Assembly (NCBI GenBank): GCA_963675745.2
Contig: CAXXWX010000022.1
Span: 1-52,996, forward strand
Length of the DNA: 52,996 nucleotides
Direction: 5' to 3'
Origin: Phycisphaerae bacterium
Lineage (GTDB): Bacteria > Planctomycetota > Phycisphaerae > UBA1845 > Fen-1342
In this document: one piece after another, positions 48,240-52,996 of the stretch
Numbering within the stretch: the first letter of the stretch is position 1
Layout: every line of letters begins with the position of its first letter
Translations under genes and position numbers: made by a program
The notes under the pieces: generated by a model
What the model saw: only the letters and a program-made list of their open reading frames with translations
Told to the model about the DNA's origin: nothing
Databases searched by the model: none

Positions 48240-48400
48240 ATGGGGACAGTGCGGCTTCAGACTCTACCTGTGCTTGGCACCGCCGCGGCCTGTGCAGGGG
48301 GTCTCCGCGCAGCAGAACCGCACGTACCCAGCCAATACGCAACAATCCAGGCGGCCATCGGCGCCGCCGACCCAAACACCGGCGACGAGGTCGTCACCAA
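48240..48400 (+). pseudogene. Truncated 5' end of a secreted pectin-lyase-fold protein
   Basis: HVPSQYATIQAAI.AA...GDEVV is the usual start of such domains; the frame runs into the MITE and stops at 48473. Confidence 0.55.
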
Positions 48401-48438
48401 GAAGCTATGCCAAAACTCCTGTGGTACCGGTTTGCAAC

Positions 48439-49949
48439 CAATGGTGTCCGGGAGTTTGCCGGACATCGGGTAATACCTAACATTGTCCGTACTTGCGCCC
48501 GGGGCGCGTTTCTGCTCTACTGTGGCGCATGGCCCACAAGGACACGCAACGCGAACGGACGGTGACGCCGATTCCTCGGCGGCCCGACCAGCTTGACGGT
48601 CGGCGGCTCTTCCGCCAGATCGACGAGCACCTGCGCCATCTCCACAGCTTGCCGGCCCACGGCAACCGCACCTTCTTCTACGACCAACTCGTGGTCGCCC
48701 ACCTGCTGGCCTTCTTCAACCCCGTGCTGCACAGCCTCCGCCGTATCGAAGACGCCTTCGACCTGCCCAGCGTGCGACGCCTCTTCGGTATCCACGCCGC
48801 CGCCAAAAGCACCGTCGCCGACGCCCAACGCCTCTTCGATCCGCAACGGTTGCAGCCGATTTTCGAGGACCTCAAGCACCGCGCCAACATCCAGCCGCAC
48901 GACGCCCGCCTCGACCAACTCACCCGGGAACTGATCGCCGTCGACGGCACGTTCTTCAACGTCGCCAGCCGCATCCCCTGGGCCCTCTACAACCGCAAGT
49001 CCGCCGGCGACGCGCCCAAGAAGACCGGCCGCCGCGGAAAGACCACCCGCGGCAACGTGCGCGCCCACGTGCATTTCGACATCCTGCGCGGCGTGCCGGA
49101 GCACTTCACGCTCACCGGCGGAACGGCTTCGGAAGGCGGGCAACTGCAAACCAGTCTGCGGCCCGAACACTGTTACGTGCTCGACCGCGGCTTTCAGTCT
49201 TACCACCTGCTGGGCGACATCATTCAGGCCGACAGCGATTTCGTGGTGCGGCTGCGGAAGAGCGCCCGCTGCGAAGTGCTTGAGCCGCGCGGGCTGACCG
49301 CCGCCGACCTGGCCGCCGGCGTGCAGAGCGACACGCTGGTGCGAGTCGGCTGGCGGACCGAGCGCACGGCGGAGTTGCCGCCCTTGCGGCGGGTGGCGGT
49401 GAGTGTGGCCGACAAGGACGAACCGCTGGTGCTGTTGACCAGTTGCGTAGACCTGCCGGCGGAGCTGATCGCGTTGATCTACAAGCATCGCTGGCAGGTT
49501 GAGCTGTTTTTCCGCTGGTTGAAGTGCATGGCGCACCTGGAGCACTTTTATTCCGAGTCGCCGCAGGGCATGACGCTGCAGCTTTACGTGACGCTGATCG
49601 CGACGTTGCTGATCGCGCTGGAGACCGGGGCGCGTCCGAGCGTGTATGACTTTTCGTTGATGAGCATGGTGATGAACGGCATGGCCCCGCTGGAAGAGGC
49701 CCTGGCCGTGGCGGCCAAACGCCGCACCGAGCGCGAGCGTGCCGCCCGGCGGCGACGTGAAAAGGCGGCGCAAAAAAGCAGCGACTAGGCCCCCGCGCCG
49801 GTCCGCGCTCGGACCAGCGCGGCCCGGTGTATGCGCCCCAGGCGCTCGCCGCGGCGCTACGCCACGTCGTCGCCCCTTCCATGTTCGCGTCAATCTCACC
49901 ACAATGCACTCAATCTACGCGCCCAGAAAGCAGGTCCCGGACACCATTG
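48439..49949 (+). mobile_element. Complete IS4-family insertion sequence (1511 bp)
   Basis: Perfect 15-bp TIR CAATGGTGTCCGGGA (48439-48453) / TCCCGGACACCATTG (49935-49949); 9-bp TSD GTTTGCAAC at 48430-48438 and 49950-49958. Confidence 0.93.
48529..49788 (+). CDS. IS4-family DDE transposase
   Basis: IAVDGT, VLDRGF, FVVRL and the YREK signature YKHRWQVELFFRWLK. Confidence 0.95.
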   Translation: MAHKDTQRERTVTPIPRRPDQLDGRRLFRQIDEHLRHLHSLPAHGNRTFFYDQLVVAHLLAFFNPVLHSLRRIEDAFDLPSVRRLFGIHAAAKSTVADAQRLFDPQRLQPIFEDLKHRANIQPHDARLDQLTRELIAVDGTFFNVASRIPWALYNRKSAGDAPKKTGRRGKTTRGNVRAHVHFDILRGVPEHFTLTGGTASEGGQLQTSLRPEHCYVLDRGFQSYHLLGDIIQADSDFVVRLRKSARCEVLEPRGLTAADLAAGVQSDTLVRVGWRTERTAELPPLRRVAVSVADKDEPLVLLTSCVDLPAELIALIYKHRWQVELFFRWLKCMAHLEHFYSESPQGMTLQLYVTLIATLLIALETGARPSVYDFSLMSMVMNGMAPLEEALAVAAKRRTERERAARRRREKAAQKSSD

Positions 49950-50045
49950 GTTTGCAACCGGTGAATCCTACTGGTTACAGACCAGTGCCACAGTTTTGGG
50001 ATAGCCTCAAGTCCGCCACACACATCTCGACACGGGAGGTTCAGA

Positions 50046-52941
50046 ATGTCCACATCACGATCTCTAGTTATCGGTCTTATTGCTGCGTTAACCGCCGCCC
50101 CGGCGGTACTCCAAGCACAGACGCCTATGGGTACGGCGTTCACTTACCAGGGGCAGCTCAAGAAACTCGGCCAGCCCGTGGACGCCACGGCCGACTTTGA
50201 GTTCTCGCTGTGGAGGGACGCGAGCAGCACGGACCCGAACGAGCAGGTGGGCTCCACCGTCACGGTCAGCAATGAGACCGTCGATGACGGGCTATTCACG
50301 GTCCGACTCGACTTCGGCGGGCAGGCCTTCGACGGCGGTGCACGCTGGTTGCAGATTGCGGTGCGAAGCCCACATGACCCGAATAACGTGGGATCGTACA
50401 CGACGCTCAGCCCACGGCAGGAACTGACTCCCGCGCCGCATGCGCTGCATGCCCGGAGTATTCCCTCTTTCACCCGGGCAGAACTAGACCTTATGGCTCC
50501 AGGGATTCCGTCCCGCCTAGCTCGAATGACGGATGATGTCCGGGGCATCTGGATGGACCAAGGCAACCGGTGGTTTCCGACTAGCGGCGGCATCGTGAAC
50601 ACGGAGGAGTTCGACGGGGATGATATCGGGGCACGATTCAATGCCGCGATGGCCGCCTTGCCGCCCGAAGGCGGTATCATAGTAATACCGCCCGGCACAT
50701 ACGAAACATCGACTGAACTCCTCATCGACTCCAAATACCCTGCGGACGACAAGAACCAGATTGCTGTGTTTGCCTACGGTGCCGAAATCAGGACGACTGG
50801 AGCGATCTCCGGCATCAAGATAACAGGTGGCGACGGCGCGGGCCCACGTAGCATATATGGTCTGAAGATACAACATTCAGACAACAGCGAGGCGAAGTAC
50901 GGTATAAACATCGAGCAAGGATGGAACATACGTTTGTACGATCCCACCGTCATTGCCGGCGGCGTGGATCCCAACTATGCAGCGATTCGGATCGCCAATG
51001 GCGACCCCGCCAACGACAAAACCGGATCGTACTGGACCAAAGTAGTGAATCCGTGGATTCGAGAGTTTTCTATCCGCGACCCGAACGACCCGAACGACGT
51101 TCCTGACCCGGTTCCCATTGGCGTTCTTTTGGAGGGAAACTCAAACAGAACGAATATCATCGGCGGTGGCATTAAAGGCTGCATCACCTGCATTGAGATT
51201 CGCAACGACGAACCGCACGCCTTGATGGCCAACGGGAATGTGATTGACGGCGTAAGTCTGGAACACTTCACAACCGGGATATACACGCACGGACCGGCGC
51301 TAACGAGACTGGCAGGGCTGCGCATCATCAATAATACCTTCGAAGCTGGCACGGAGTTACTCAGAATCGAGGGCTTCGACGCTGACGATTCTAGGCCGGT
51401 GTTTCTTGCAGGCAACTATGTGCAGAACGTTTCAACATACGTAGTTAAGCCAGAGGACTTCAAAATCACGTCGTTGGACTTTGATGCTCCATGGGGCTCA
51501 GTAGGTGTGCCACAACTCGCCCGTGGAATCCGCTTTGAGCTACGCTCGGATGCAACGGAAAGCGCAATTACTCTCGATGGTGCTGCCAATGAGATCAACT
51601 CCACGGGTGATCTGGATCTCCAGACTGATGGGACTAGCCGGATTCACGTGGACAGTGCGACGGGCAACATTGGAATCGGTGCAACCGACCCGGGGCAGAC
51701 GTTGGACGTCGCGGGGATGGTGCAAATGACCGGCTTCTCGATGCCCGCAGGGGCGTCGCCTGGCTATGTACTGACCTCCGACGCCAGCGGCGGCGGAACG
51801 TGGGCCCCGGCGCCGGGGGTGAGCGGGTGGAGCGTAAACGGGAATGGCGGCACAATTCCGGGTACGAACTTCGTGGGGACGACCGACAGCCAGGCGCTTG
51901 AGTTGCGCGTCAACAGCGAGCGCGCCCTGCGGCTTGAACCCGACGGTACGAGCCCCAACGTTATTGGGGGCCATGGGGACAATAACGTGGCGGGTGGAGT
52001 CTATGGCGCCACTATCGCTGGCGGAGGCCAGATTGGCTCTGAGAACCGTGTGATCGAGTTCTTTGGCACGGTCGGTGGCGGGCAGGGGCAACATTGTAAG
52101 TGGTGCAAATGCTACGGTTTCCGGAGGGATAGAGAACATCTCCAGCAACTTCTACGCCACTGTTGGTGGCGGCGTGACCAACACAGCCAGCGGAAATGCT
52201 TCGACTGTCGCTGGGGGTTCACACAATACGGCCAGCGGCTACAAAGCCGCAGTCGCGGGAGGCATGTGGAACAACGCCGCTGGTGAGTACGCAGCCATCC
52301 CCGGGGGGTATGAAAACGAGGCTGGCGGTGCGTACAGTTTTGCCGCAGGGTATGGAGCGAGGGTCCGCGATCCAAACGAGGTTGGCGGCGGCGACTTAGA
52401 TGGAGACGAAGGAACATTCGTCTGGGCCGACTCCAGCAGCACGAGTTTTGAATCCACCGGTCCGAATCAGTTCCTGATCCGTGCCGCGGGGGGCGTCGGG
52501 ATAGGTACAACCGCCCCATCGCATCCGCTAGAGGTCGGCACGGATCCGAACAACGGCAACGGTGCACACGTGACGGCAGGTGGCGTGTGGACGAACGGGT
52601 CGGACCGCAACTCAAAGCGGGGATTCGAACCGGTGAACGCAAGACAGATCCTCGAAAAGGTCGTGCAGCTGCCGGTGACGCAATGGCAGTACAAGGGCGA
52701 GCCCGACAGGGTCCGGCATATTGGCCCGACAGCTCAGGACTTCTACGCCGCCTTCCAACTCGGCAACAGCGACAAACACATTGGGACGATCGACACTGAC
52801 GGTGTCGCCCTGGCCGCCATTCAGGGCTTATACGTGGTCGTGCAGGAGAAGGACGCGGAGATCGCGGAGCTGAGGGCCCGGCTGGAACGGTTGGAGGGCT
52901 TGCTAACGAATGGCGTCTCGACGGAAGGAGGTGCCCGATGA
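50046..52941 (+). CDS. Secreted tailspike-like protein: TAFTYQG N-domain, pectin-lyase-like beta-helix, Gly-rich repeats and peptidase S74 chaperone; frameshift near 52080
   Basis: GGGAGG RBS and signal peptide. The first frame ends ...FGTVGGG; the next frame continues GRGNIVSGANATVSGG...SDRNSK..F......IL.KV..LPV..W.YK...HIGP.AQDF plus a coiled coil. Confidence 0.8.
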
Positions 52942-52996
52942 GCGGCGTTGCACGCCCTTGTTGTGGGTTCCTGGTGTTATTGCTGATCGGCGTCAC
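52938..52996 (+). CDS. 3'-truncated exported protein, translationally coupled to the S74 gene
   Basis: GGAGG RBS, ATGA overlap, MSGVARPCCGFLVLLLIGV signal-like start. Confidence 0.55.
   Translation, partial: MSGVARPCCGFLVLLLIGV

Larger units (their letters stand above)
48401..50008. mobile_element. Small MITE (about 88 bp when empty) carrying a REP doublet, interrupted by the IS4
   Basis: Terminal IR GAAGCTATGCCAAAACT (48401-48417) / AGTTTTGGGATAGCCTC (49992-50008), 15/17 match. Confidence 0.6.

Noticed and set aside
48517..49902. 461-aa minus-strand ORF inside the IS
   Set aside because: Antisense shadow of the transposase.
50046..52941. Prophage tail region
   Set aside because: The protein has a signal peptide, and no other phage genes are in the window.

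Overview
GC-rich bacterial chromosomal window that, from gene content alone, looks like Planctomycetota (probably class Phycisphaerae). The evidence is six PEP-CTERM proteins, dockerin-like EF-hand tails, a prepilin/H-X9-DG protein, CxxCGYxLxGL zinc-ribbon membrane proteins and a BMC-type aldolase. Housekeeping genes include rsmG, a TrmJ-like methylase, apgM, archease-rtcB, putP, clpB, purA-uppS-cdsA, thiS-thiG, tRNA-Cys and peptidases. They are interspersed with exported proteins and intergenic spaces dense in REP-like hairpins and 7-8-nt tandem repeats. Most notable observations: (1) a cobalamin-riboswitch-led cassette (PEP-CTERM protein, BtuH-like/dockerin protein, H-X9-DG pseudopilin) with no classical Btu transporter; (2) an NLR-like KAP-NTPase + LRR protein whose near-identical 66-bp repeats vary mainly at concave-face codons, bracketed by a perfect 35-bp inverted repeat; (3) a Asp-Pro-Asn (DPN) tripeptide seen 14 times, only in non-PEP-CTERM exported proteins; (4) a complete IS4 (15-bp TIR, 9-bp TSD) inserted into the loop of a REP inside a small MITE; (5) an AMOP-like lipoprotein, a thioester-domain-like PEP-CTERM protein, and a frameshifted signal-peptide-bearing tailspike/S74 protein. 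No CRISPR array or rRNA gene was seen. All family calls come from motif recognition by eye, not database searches.
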